This document shows positions 1 to 11,370 of a stretch of DNA of 64,000 bases, in pieces (the first letter of the stretch is position 1; each line of letters opens with the position of its first letter). Made by a program: the position numbers and the translations under genes. The DNA is taken from NCBI GenBank assembly GCA_047495785.1, contig JBLDXI010000033.1:1860001-1924000 (forward strand). Reading direction: 5' to 3'. This stretch comes from Lepidodermella squamata (Eukaryota > Animalia > Gastrotricha). The notes beneath the pieces were generated by a model, which did not search any database, was not told the origin of the DNA, and worked only from the letters and a program-made list of their open reading frames with translations.

Positions 1-919
1 TGTTATTTTGAAAGCCTCTGACATGCAAACTTTGATGATTGCCTATACTGTGCCAGCTGCTGTTGCATTGTTGGTCACTTTAGTTTCATTGACAAGTTCG
101 AAACCACCCATCCCACCATCAGAAAGTGCCGAGCAGGAATCCGAACCGTTTGTTCAAGGTTTCAAAGCCGTTGTTCGTAACAAACAGTTTTTACTTCTGA
201 TGGTTTGTTTCGGGACTGGAATGGCTATTTTCACTGCATTGACAGCATTAATTCTCCAAATTCTGTGCCCTAGTGGATATGACGAGAATTTTGCCGGTAT
301 TGTGACGGGAGTCATGGTCGGGTCAGGTTTAGTTGGTGCTGCAATCACTGGCGTGCTAGCTGATATTACGAAAAAGTTTGCCGAAGTGGCTAAAATCTCT
401 CTCAGTCTAGCAGGAATTTTCTTCTGCCTCTTTACTGTTGTTAACGTTTTCCCGCAAGAATACGTATTGGTTGCAATTGTAGTTGGCCTATTCGGATTTT
501 TCGGTTTCGGCCAATATGCAATTTGTTTGGAAATGGCAGTAGAAACTACGTTTCCCGTCGCCGAAGCTACGGCGACTGGCCTTCTCGTAATATGTGGCCA
601 AGTTCAGTCAGCTATTGTTGTGCTAGTAATGCAGCCTCTTGGTATTCAGACCGAGGACAGGTTCGGTACCTGCTCGGCAAACGCCCTTCAAGGCTCATCC
701 GTTCTCAGCTATATTTATGGAAATATGCTACTTGCTATCATGGCCACCGCGGCAGGTGTTTCACTCATTTGCTTCTACGATTGCCCGTACAAGAGATTAG
801 CTTTTGAAAAGAATAAATCGAAAAAGGCAGAATCCCACGTGAATCCACTCCCTTCTCCAGCTGACGCTGCCTACGATGATGCTTATGCCTACGCCAAAGC
901 CAATCCAATTGTTGAGTAA
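1..919 (+). CDS. MFS transporter, SLC49 family (MFSD7/SLC49A3- or DIRC2-like), 5'-partial
   Basis: Multiple hydrophobic helices; motifs QILCPSGY, LEMAVETTFPVAE and CPYKRL resemble the SLC49 C-terminal half; ORF is open at the window edge. Confidence 0.8.
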   Translation, partial: VILKASDMQTLMIAYTVPAAVALLVTLVSLTSSKPPIPPSESAEQESEPFVQGFKAVVRNKQFLLLMVCFGTGMAIFTALTALILQILCPSGYDENFAGIVTGVMVGSGLVGAAITGVLADITKKFAEVAKISLSLAGIFFCLFTVVNVFPQEYVLVAIVVGLFGFFGFGQYAICLEMAVETTFPVAEATATGLLVICGQVQSAIVVLVMQPLGIQTEDRFGTCSANALQGSSVLSYIYGNMLLAIMATAAGVSLICFYDCPYKRLAFEKNKSKKAESHVNPLPSPADAAYDDAYAYAKANPIVE

Positions 920-1080
920 TTATCAGCCGGTTCAATGTTAATTTATAACAAATCATTCTTAATTGATTTTTAAACTTGCATTTTAATTGTTTTCTCTAAC
1001 TATTTTACCGCGCTTGCTCATGATTACTTTTGAAAATGAAACAGACTATTTTTAATTAATAATTTGTCTTTATAGAAGTT

Positions 1081-2803
1081 ATGATAACTTGGCTGAGTGT
1101 TATATTTACTGCCTTTGCATGTGTCTATGCGAAGCAAAGCGTTGAGGAATTTCTGTCGAGTGGCGACCACACAAATAATTGGGCGGTAATTGTCGATACC
1201 AGTCGATTTTGGTTTAATTACCGCCACGAGGCGAATGCCCTCTCAATTTACCGCTCAGTAAAACGACTCGGCATTCCCGATAGTCACATTATCCTCATGT
1301 TGGCGGATGACATGGCGTGTGATCCTCGTAACTCTCGACCGGCTGCAATTTTCAACAACGCCCGGCAACAAATCGACGTTTATGGCTTGGATGTCGAGGT
1401 AGATTACCGCGGATATGAAGTTACTGCTGAAAATTTCGTTCGAGTCCTCACCGGCCGGCTTGCTCACGAAACTCCGCGTTCTAAACGCCTGTTATCTGAT
1501 GATTCTAGCAACGTTTTACTTTACATGACTGGCCATGGTGGTAATGGATTCATCAAATTTCAAGATTCTGAGGAAATCAGCTCGGACGAGTAAGTTTCAG
1601 TCGGTATTACTTGATGTTTTTAGTTTTTAATATCATTACATTAATTTGGGCGCCAGGAGATATTCCCAGAACGAATTATTTAAAGCAGGTTAAATTTAGG
1701 TTGCGACTTTCCGGACTGGACCACAAATGATAAAATTGTGGATAAGTGGGTATCAAGTCAAGTTATAACAATTACATTGAGTGGGCGAAGATAAGGCGGA
1801 TGTTCCAGGCGCAGGCATAATATCAGTTTTCTCGTAGACTACTTTTTTCATGATATTAAAATGGGTACAAAGGGCTGAACTCGTCAACTCAAAATGTTAC
1901 AGAAGTTTCAGGGCCTTTGAAGGATAAATTAAAAGATCATTTTTTTGTTCCTGGTGAAGACAGAAAAACTGCTCATATTACGGTATGAGCAAAGCTACGC
2001 GAGAAGACGAGCTTTTGGGCAATTGAAATAGTCTTTTTGATTGAGTGCCGAATTTCCTCTCTTGGTAAGAGGGTCCATGAATCTCCCTCAAGTTCCCGTC
2101 TCTCTGAGTTTAATTTTTCGAGGAATTATTTAACACTTCGGTTTATACGATCATAACGGTTAAATGAGGAGTACATTGGAATCGATTTTTTTTCAGATTG
2201 GTCGATGTTTTCGAGCAAATGCGTCGCAAAAAGCGTTATAAGGAACTGCTATTCATGGTTGATACATGCCAGGCTGAATCTCTCTTCCTACCTGCCTATT
2301 CAATGGGCTTAGCCGCTGTAGGCAGCAGCCGAGTCGGGGAAGATTCTCTTTCCCACCACACGGACCCTTCAATCGGAGTTTACGTAATCGATCGATTCAC
2401 GTATTACCTCCTCGAATTTCTCGAACGTGTCCGACCTGCCCCAGCTTCGTCAACCGCAGTTTCATCCTCGTCGTCGGGCCAGCGCAAAATAATTGGACCA
2501 GTGCTGTGGGACATGTTTAACGCATGCCCGGCGCACCTGTGTGTGTCTCACGTGACTGTGCGAACAGATCTCTACACGCGTAACCCGCGTGAAGTACCGG
2601 TGCTAGACTTTTTCGGCGCATCGCATCGCGTTGTTTTGACGGAAAAACCGGCGAAAAACGTGCTCACAAAGCAGCAACAGGAGCAAGTAGTTGCGAAGAA
2701 TGAAAGCGGCAAAACTGCGCAACAAACTGCATACGCTCGACAATCGTCATTTTTAACGGCTGAGGCCTTCATTCCCGGCGCCACGGCTTCATACTCGTTT
2801 TAG
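1081..2803 (+). CDS. PIGK: GPI-anchor transamidase catalytic subunit (GPI8), 2 exons: 1081-1589, 2198-2803
   Basis: Signal peptide; [16 protein letters not shown], catalytic GHG and DTCQA; GT..AG intron 1590-2197 joins in frame (SDE-LVDVF). Confidence 0.97.
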
Positions 2804-3044
2804 TCAAAAATGTTGCAATACATGAAAAAAACACATCCATCTCCCTGCTGAGTTTTTCCTTTGTCACTCAATTTTTGCTTTAATATCATATTATATGACT
2901 GTGTTAATACAACGAGACGAGTTTTCGCTGCGGCAAAACAAACAAAAACAAAAATATCCGTTTTCTACAAGGCACGCGTCTTATTTTTTTGAACCGATTT
3001 AACATAGTGGCACAGACTTGGCCAGATTTAATCAGTAATATAAA

Positions 3045-4582
3045 ATGGCCAACTCGAGCAATATCACGCTCAGCTTTGTGCCCGGTACGGTCGACCTACT
3101 TATCAGCAGCTCGCAGGCCGTAAATTTGACCGCAAGGTAAATTCCACCTTGAAACGATATTTGCTCATCAATTTTTTTTTTAATTTCTGTTACAGCCAGC
3201 CGTTGTTTGAAGATGCATACATCAATTTTACATATGAAGGAAGCGGCGGGGGTTCAGATGGTGGCCGCAGTCTAGTCAACCCTGTACCTGCGTTACTTTG
3301 GCAGGCCAATTTGACCTTCATTACTTTCACGTTGTCTGCAATCAGTGGCGGTCACATGTTTTTGGGCGTCAATTCCACATCGGCCCAATTTGCCGAGTAA
3401 TTTGAATATTTTTCTCCAAATTTCCAACATTCAATTTTTATTTGTTTAGTTTGTCGAAGACTTATTTGACCATTAACACATTCCATGTTTCGTGGTTGCA
3501 AACCTTGAGCGATGTAATCGGCTGGATATATTTTGTAGCCTGGACAGTATCGTTCTGGCCCCAAGTTTTACTCAATTTTTACCGCCGCAGTGTCGTCGGC
3601 CTTAATTTCGACTTTCTAACCTATAATATTATTGGATTTTCGTGCTACACGGCTTACAATTGCGTCCTCTATTTTTCGCCAGTCGTACAAGTTTGTTGCG
3701 AGAATGAAATGAAAGATGCGAATTTTATTGAAATTTTCCGGAATAGAAAGAATATTTGGATGCGAACCCTCGGGGAGGTCTTCCAGTCACCCTTCAAGAC
3801 GTCTGCTTTGCTATTCACGCAGTTGCTGTAATTCTGCTGACTATTGTTCAGACGCTGATATTCGAGGTAAGCCAGTCAAAAATAAAATCCTCAAAAAATG
3901 TAAAATGTCCTTTTTCTATTTTAGCGAGGAAATCAACGCGTTTCATGGACTTGTCGGGGTATTTCGGCCGCAGCTATTGTTTTTATTATCATCTCGCTAT
4001 CAATCGGAGCCGGTGGTGTTATCACGTGGCTAATGGTCATTCAATTTTTGAGCTACGTCAAACTGGGAAGCACCTTGATTAAATACATCCCACAAGCCTA
4101 TATGAATTTCCGCCGAAAATCAACTGTTGGCTGGTCGATTTGGAATGTTTTGCTCGATTTTACCGGCGGCATCTCCAGCATTTTACAAATGTTTATTCTG
4201 GCCTACAATTACGGTAAATAAGCTCGTCTCCTTCAAAAACACGCGTTAATATTCTTCGTTGTTTTTTTCAGATGATTGGGTATCTATCATGGGCAACCCG
4301 ACTAAATTTGCTCTCGGCGCTTTTTCAGTGCTTTTCGACATTCTTTTCATTGTACAACACTATTGCCTTTACCGGCATGCCGTGGATGATGGATGCGCGG
4401 TTGATTCTCAGAGTTTCAGCGACGATCAACGTGAAGGGGCTGTCATCGTTAAAATGTTCAAATGCTGCTGCCCTGGCGAGTCTGTCTACCCGCCCCTGGT
4501 TCCTCACGCCGCGTCGCAGGCCTCAATTGGAACAAACTACACCCAAATCGTAGCCGACGACACACAGCAGATTAATGGATAA
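3045..4582 (+). CDS. CTNS: Cystinosin (PQ-loop lysosomal cystine transporter), exons 3045-3136, 3196-3396, 3450-3690, 3747-3866, 3925-4213, 4272-4582 (~417 aa)
   Basis: GWIYFVAWTVSFWPQ and KYIPQAYMNFRRKSTVGWSI PQ loops; GNPTKF; five 53-59 nt GT-AG introns keep frame; C-terminal YxxPhi (YTQI). Confidence 0.95.
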
Positions 4583-5236
4583 CACTTTTCTACGCGATTT
4601 CTCATCATTTCGCTTTCCCTTGATCAATTTTAATCAGTATACAAATCGCGATTGTTTAATTTTGTGTTACAACAGCATTTAAGGTATAATCATGGAATAA
4701 AACCGAGAACTGATATCTGCGATTGAGCCTTTTATTTCGACGTATCTTTTTCATATTATTATTATTATTATTATCATAATATCACCACTTTACTTTCATA
4801 GCAAAACTTTCAACCATAAAGTAGAAGTATGCACACACATGCCTAGAAGTGCAGCGGATAGCCGAGATGTTATTTGTAGATCGGATAGGTAAACGAATAT
4901 TCAGGTCAGAACCACCACTTGATTTGTTTCAGTGTCGAAGTCACATATACACTGCGGAATATATAGCCAACAGTAGTTGATAATTTTTCATTTATTTTTT
5001 TGTTTTTGAAGATAAGCAATTATTTTTTTATAATCCGAGTGAGCGTTGACAACGATACTCATCAACTCGCGGTGGTGAACAGCAGTAGCAGCACCATTAT
5101 TTACAAATAACATCTGGGCGTAAAACATCTAGTACAATAGTGTATACATATTCATTTATAGAAGATTTTGAAATTGATTTCGGTCAGCTGACTCATGGAA
5201 AGGATCTTGGCCATATGATGTTGTTTAAAAACTATA

Positions 5237-6952
5237 CTACACTTCACTTTGAGTTGGCGCGGACGTCGTCGCTGCTTCTTCTTCCGCAGTGCCTAACACC
5301 AGCTCCGGCTCGTCTGGTATGTCGACGAAAGGAAGGATAAACACGGGACGTTGATCAGGATCGGCCGATAACATCGTCACGCAGTCTTCCCACCGTGTCC
5401 AGGCGTCCTCGGCAGTTGAAAGAACGGCGTCAGACACGTCTGGCTCTGATATTACGCATCGAGAAACAATGCCAGTCACTCCTGGAAATCGACTGTTTGG
5501 CAGTCGAATAGTGTCGACGTCGATTTCAGTTTTGCAAACTTCCATTTTGTCGTCTTCGACCTCATCAATTTCGTCATCTGCTATGGTAGCCTGACGAAAC
5601 GAGGCTGAAAGAAATCTGTACAAGTCGCCGGTTGACAGGCGCGCGTAGTCTAAAGAAATAACAAGGTTATTGAAATACAATAACTTCAATCACGTAACTA
5701 ACCGCCTGGAAATACAAATTTTGAGTCTGTTGGAGGTCCCGAAGTATCCGGTTCAGGTGTAAGAGATTGATGAGCTGAAGCCGGTGTTAATGGCATATCT
5801 GAAGGAGTCACAGAAGAATCAAGGAAACGTTTCACCATTTCACTCTTCTCAGCCGATAGCAATTTTGCACCGCTAGGAGCCGAGCGAGAATCTTCTGCGA
5901 TATCAATGCCTTCCTTGGCAGCAGCTTGCACTGATGCCATCATGACCATCGTTCGTGGTGAAGGCGAGTTATCATAATCGATTGTCGAATTGGAAGCGCG
6001 TTTTTTGCCTCGTTTGCCTCGCTCGTGGCCGAACATTACAGGAGCGGGTATGGGTTCAGCTGTAGGCGGCAGCGGCTGTTTTTCGAGCTGCCTCTCCATT
6101 TTTTCTTTGATCTCAGAGCTGAGACTGAGCTGCGTTTTTTGTTGCAACTCCATGGCAATTTCAGCAGTCGTTTTGATGCGCCTCTTTTGTGGCTCGGGCT
6201 GTGAAGGCACAGGGGAAGGAGCAATCTGAGGCACAGGTCCGTTCCTAATAACAATCGGCAACGCGGGTGACAATGAGGATTCATTTGTATCGAGAGGCTT
6301 CGCCCCGAGTTTAATTCTTAGAGAAAGGCCAGGTTTTGCTTGTATTGTGGTGGTAGTAGTTGTTGTTGTTGATGGAGGAGGTACCACTGTTACTGGCGCA
6401 GCAATTTTGGCGACTAAATTTTGCCCGTTGCCGACAGAAGAAGAAACAGGGCTGTTACTATCACAGTTACTATTTGCAACGCTTTCGTTGTCATCGGGTT
6501 TCCGCTTGTGATTACTGATGTGTGAGGATGGAACTCCCGGATTAGATTGAGTTCCCGATACTACCGAGGTGGCAGTCACGGCTTGCTCAACAACAGCTTG
6601 CCATTTCTTGATTAGAGATTTTGACAGTTTTGCGATTGCGTTATCATTCGTACGCTTTCGCATACTATTAACATATCGGCCGATACGAGTCTCCTATAAT
6701 TGGCCAATGTTTAAGTATACAGGAATGAATAATCATTCATATCCTCTAGTACCTCAAGATCATCCTTTGAAAGTTCGAAGTTTTCGAGTATTTTTAAAAC
6801 GTCCCGCACGACTCCCATGTCGATAATCTAGATGCAAGGTGAAGAATAGAACCTGAATGAAGTCAATCAACTTGAATGAAACTCACATTTCCGTCTGAGT
6901 CGATTCCCTTCAGCAATTTCTCTTTGAGGGAGTTAGCAGTATAAACTGACAT
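5237..6952 (-). CDS. MED26: Mediator subunit 26, exons 6952-6887, 6827-6753, 6693-5703, 5649-5237 (~514 aa)
   Basis: N-terminal TFIIS-N-like domain (LEETRIGRYVNSMRK...KSLIKKWQ), long low-complexity middle, Med26 C-terminal ILPFV motif; spliced frame is continuous. Confidence 0.85.
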
Positions 6953-8113
6953 CGGCGCAATGGTCATTGGACCATAACATGAGATGCAACGACTATCATG
7001 CAATTTTAAAATAATTCTCTAACTAGGTGCTGGCTGCGTGGCCACTGCTTGGGTGTAACAATTGCTCGTTTATCTGTCGTTTAATTAAATTGGCTTCTAT
7101 TCAATTTCAAAATTGTAAATCAGAACCTGCTGGTTGACTTCCACAAGTTACACACAGGACTAGGGCTCAACAGCAGACTGAATAAACCCCTGCCGAAATA
7201 AGTCATTTTGCGCACCCAGCTATTTTCAAATTTTCATAAACATATGTCAAGGACTTTTAGCATATATATTGGCAAAATAATAATCCATTTTATTTGTTAA
7301 GTAAAACTCCAATTTTTATAAAAATTTTGCCGCAGCTCATTTTTCCCCGCCTACGCAGCCACGTTTCACGTTCGTCTGGAGACCCTTCCGTTGAGCCTTG
7401 AGCCCTTAGCCCATAGCACCCTTGGTCCAGGGCTCTGCTTACCTTATGCGCTCAGGTACCTGTTGATCTAGTGAATCTTGTGTGATAGTCCGGGTTGCAT
7501 TGATTAACACTAGTTTATGGATACCTTATTTTTGTTAGTTTTTGAACTTCCTTATTCCTTGCGTTATTCCTCACCTCCTTTTGCTTGATGTAAATTGTAT
7601 GTCGCAGCTTTCTACAAACCACGAATTTAGGTTGTTCATGGTTGCGATTTGCTGACTGCTGATTTCTTGGGTTAATATCCAAAGCTAGATAACATGTATT
7701 TCGTTTGCTGTCAATTTTGAATGCATTCGAGTTATCTTGACCAGCGGTCGAACTGGAGTAACCTACGAAGTAAGGGCGAATCGAGTCGTCCAAACTTAGT
7801 TGGAATGTGATTCTCTTTTTTTAAAATACTCATTTTATTTGGTTTCAGGCCGCGATTTTTTACATCCATAGACATATACAATCGCAAGATTATGTTTTCA
7901 GTCGAATTGCGTGGTTCCTTTAAGTGGCCTTTCATAAAAATGTGCGGGTGCTATGTGATTCTTCCTGTTGCATTTTGCAGTCTTGGTTGCGTCGTTTTAT
8001 TTTACTAAAATTATTTTCCTCTGTCATTTCTTTCCCTTACTGACTATTAGTTTATACATCAGGAGCGTTAGACCTCGTTATCATGAATCCTCACATTGCA
8101 AGTTTTGATTAAT
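6953..8113. promoter_or_regulatory. Probable bidirectional promoter region between MED26 and the ATG13 gene cluster
   Basis: Divergent gene heads; repeated TGAGCC/TAGCCC motifs at ~7161-7171 (-) and ~7390-7412 (+); candidate 5'UTR donor CTCAG|GTACC at ~7455. Confidence 0.45.
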
Positions 8114-8115
8114 TA

Positions 8116-8964
8116 CTGTAGGCGCGAAAATTTTCGCGGGGCTAATATTTTCGCGGACGGCTCATTTTGGGGGTTGGTAAAATTTTCGCGCGTTTAATTT
8201 TCGCGGATGATAGGTTCCTGAGCGCTTTTCTGGGTTTCACGGCAGAAATTTTGCCTTGGGTTTTTTCGCGTTTTAGGAAGTTTTCTGAGAGCCCATCTGT
8301 AACTGCCGGATGGGTGACGACTTTGCGACTTAGCATCATCGTCGGCGTCATCATCTTGATCGTATTAAACTTGTTGAAGCTATTGCTTGCAAATCGTGTC
8401 CTCCTGCACATACCGTCAACTGGGGTGACTTGGTGGGGCGACTTTAGCATAGCAAATCTCGAATTTAGCCAGGCTGATACCCCTTGAGTGGGGTACCGTT
8501 GGATAGCTGGCATGAAAGGCAGCCCAAATATGATAGATTTTAATCATTTCGATCCCACCTGCTTAACTGCGGAGTCATCGAAATTTTGTCATAAACCGAA
8601 TTTTCCCATGAGCTTTACCTGTTACATGTCTTGAATCATGAGGCAAGGCAATCGATTGACGTCTAGTATAGACATCTATGCATGCCTTTACTAGGGCTAT
8701 CTAACAGTACCCCACTACCTTCGAGATTTGCTATGCTAAAGTCGCCCCACCAGCTTAAGTCTCCCCAGTTGACGGTAATTCTTCGATCTTGGCGATTTTT
8801 TGTGTTGCGCGTTGCGGTTATGTGTGTGTTAAAACTGCCTTTATTTTTCGCGAGTTCTAAATTTTCGCGTGGTTAAAATTATCGCGGGTAAAATTTCGCG
8901 GAAAAAATTTTGCCCTCGCGAAAAACGCGAAAATTTTACACAGCGAAAATTTTCGCTTCTACAG
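8116..8964. mobile_element. Non-autonomous TIR DNA element (MITE), TA target duplication, Tc1/mariner-type; interrupted by a second MITE
   Basis: Ends CTGTAGGCGCGAAAATTTTCGC / GCGAAAATTTTCGCTTCTACAG; TA at 8114-15 and 8965-66; many subterminal AATTTTCGCG repeats. Confidence 0.9.
8413..8775. mobile_element. MITE (CCGTCAACTGGGG family) nested in the 8116-8964 element
   Basis: TIRs CCGTCAACTGGGG.GACTT..GGTGGGGCGACTTTAGCATAGCAAATCTCGA; TA TSD; internal sequence matches 20135-20560. Confidence 0.92.
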
Positions 8965-9003
8965 TAATCTTGATCTACTTATTTTGTATAGGCAAAACTG
9001 TTT

Positions 9004-10470
9004 ATGGCAGGTTTCTCAAATTTTGAGCAAGATTCGCGGTTGAAGGAATTGGACAAGTATGCTAAGTTCTTCGTTAGCAAATGTGTCTGCGCTATTTCGA
9101 CTTCGAGAATAACAAACAAGGCGATAAGTACGCCGTCTCGTCAACCGTCCGAGAAAAATGAATGGTTCTCTATCACTCTGCCTCAAGAGCCTGCACCTGC
9201 TAAACAGCAGTCTGCCTCCTCCATTTCCTTTCGAAATGTCTCACCCTCGCCTGATGGCACATCCTGCTGTTGTCACTGTTCTGTAGATGTGTTTGTTGAA
9301 ACGACTTCTGGAGAAAAACTGATCGTGGAGACTTGGTGCATCGTCTTGGAACGGATCGACGGATTCGGTTATCGTTCAGCTTCATCCGCTCCCAGACAGG
9401 AGCCATTCAAAATTTACGCTCGTCTGGGCTTGTTATTAAAATCAGTTGTTGCGACGGCTAGATTATTACCGGCCAACCGCTTAGCACGAACACAATCGGC
9501 TACTTCCTATACCATAAGCTGCCGTGTAGAATCTGGGGCGGGATCTGGTCCATTAGAACATACTAGTCTGCGTCTTCGCCACAGCATTGGCAGTGTAGAC
9601 GTGGAACCGATAGGTCGGGTATCAGTCAGAGTTGCTTATTGCTCTGAGGCTGTGTTAACAGATTGTGCGATGGGCGCCTCTTCCCTCGGAATATCTATTC
9701 AGAACGAGCAACAGCAAAGGAAAGCTTCTGTCAGCTCGGTGACAAGAACAGAGAGCTACACAATTTTACCTTCATCAGCTTCGAAAAACATGCCGCGTGA
9801 CAGCTCTATAATATCGTTAGCAAATATGTCTGAAAGGGCACCATCGACTATACCCGTTTCTGAGGTGATCACGCCAACGTGCAACACACCCACTCAGATG
9901 TCGATGGTTAAACCTCCCGTGCCGCATACTGTAATCCCGGCGTTTTCTGCTGTATCCCCTGGTTTACCTCTTCCATCCCTCGATTCTTCGTTCACGTCGT
10001 CGGTTGATTCACTAGAACTAAATGGCAGCCCAACGAAAAAACAGCAACAATCGTCGTATGATTTGTCATTAGCGGATGAAATTTTAGCTGACTTTGCATT
10101 GGTTCAATCTACATCGTTCCCGTTCGCTAACCTCGAGGAACCTCTAGCGACGTTTGTTTCGTTGTTGGGTGCCACTGAAGAAAAAGTTCAAGTCAAGACC
10201 ACCTACGAACAACGGCAGTCATTTTTACAGTTTTCAACGCAGCAACAGCCAGCTGATTTAGGGGCGATTATTCCGCCCCCGGCGTTGCCAAACCTAGAAG
10301 ATCAAGTTCAACTGAACTCTCATCTGACCGAAATGCAAAACGTCCAAAGTGCTTTCGACGCACTTGTGGCCAGTTTATGTGATGATGGAAGTGGCAGTAT
10401 TGGCAATAGTAACAACAAGTTAGCTTCAGCTACCAACAAAATCGCCTTCCAGCTGGGCGTTGATTCCTGA
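9004..10470 (+). CDS. ATG13: Autophagy-related protein 13, single exon
   Basis: N-terminal HORMA-like region (ELDKYAKFF..., NEWFSI, VETW, IYARLGLLLKS..ARLLPA.RLAR) followed by an S/P-rich disordered region. Confidence 0.9.
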   Translation: MAGFSNFEQDSRLKELDKYAKFFVSKCVCAISTSRITNKAISTPSRQPSEKNEWFSITLPQEPAPAKQQSASSISFRNVSPSPDGTSCCCHCSVDVFVETTSGEKLIVETWCIVLERIDGFGYRSASSAPRQEPFKIYARLGLLLKSVVATARLLPANRLARTQSATSYTISCRVESGAGSGPLEHTSLRLRHSIGSVDVEPIGRVSVRVAYCSEAVLTDCAMGASSLGISIQNEQQQRKASVSSVTRTESYTILPSSASKNMPRDSSIISLANMSERAPSTIPVSEVITPTCNTPTQMSMVKPPVPHTVIPAFSAVSPGLPLPSLDSSFTSSVDSLELNGSPTKKQQQSSYDLSLADEILADFALVQSTSFPFANLEEPLATFVSLLGATEEKVQVKTTYEQRQSFLQFSTQQQPADLGAIIPPPALPNLEDQVQLNSHLTEMQNVQSAFDALVASLCDDGSGSIGNSNNKLASATNKIAFQLGVDS

Positions 10471-10690
10471 TGACCTCAATTATCCGCAAATATGATTCAT
10501 TTATATAGACCCAGTTATCCGCCTTTATTCTTACTGTTACTATATTATTTCAAACAAATGATGATTGCTAAATTTTGCTATTCAAGTTTTACTTGAGCAT
10601 GAGGGAAACGATTGTTTGCAACAAATAAACCGAAATAAGTTATAAATGACTAACCATTTTTTGTTTGCTAACTGTAGATAGTATTTAAAA

Positions 10691-11263
10691 ATGCGGGTTC
10701 CTACTGAATGGAAGGAGCTGAAGAAGGTGCTGCCCGTTGGCTCTGTCGCGATTGGTAAATACCGCGACAAGCAGTTTCGGGGTGCTAAGCTTGAGTACTA
10801 CAAAAAGCTGCTGAACACCACCACCCTTTACATTGGTAATTTGTCGTTTTACACGACTGAAGAACAGATCTACGAGCTGTTCAGTAAATGCGGTGGGGTC
10901 AGGCGTGTAATTATGGGACTGGATCGCTACCAGAAAACACCATGCGGTTTCTGCTTTGTGGAGTATTACTCGCGACAGGTTTTTACTTGAAAAGCTTCAA
11001 AATAAGGAAACCTCCTTAATAACCAATTTCAGGGCTGCGAAGGAGCGCTTCGCTATATCAACGGATTGCGCCTTGACGACCGCGTAATTCGAGTTGATTG
11101 GGACGCCGGGTTCGAGGAAGGCCGTCAATTCGGCCGAGGACGTTCGGGCGGTCAGGTCCGCGACGAAGTTCGCAACGATTTCGACTCTGGCCGTGGCGGC
11201 TGGGGTAAACTCATCCAGCAGCGTCTTGAAAAGGACGACAAACCCGGTGACGCTATGGAATAG
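10691..11263 (+). CDS. NCBP2: Nuclear cap-binding protein subunit 2 (CBP20), exons 10691-10978, 11033-11263
   Basis: [66 protein letters not shown]; 54-nt intron. Confidence 0.98.
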
Positions 11264-11370
11264 TCTCATGCGCATTTTTTTTACAGTCGCACTTTCATTG
11301 TAGTCTCTCATTAAACTTCAGTTTGGCTCATTTAATTTTCATAGTTTTCTATAGATTTTATCACGTAAAA

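Noticed and set aside
8142-8876. ORFs of 64-123 aa, also mirrored ORFs at 36894-37223
   Set aside because: They lie within MITE inverted repeats and have no protein motifs
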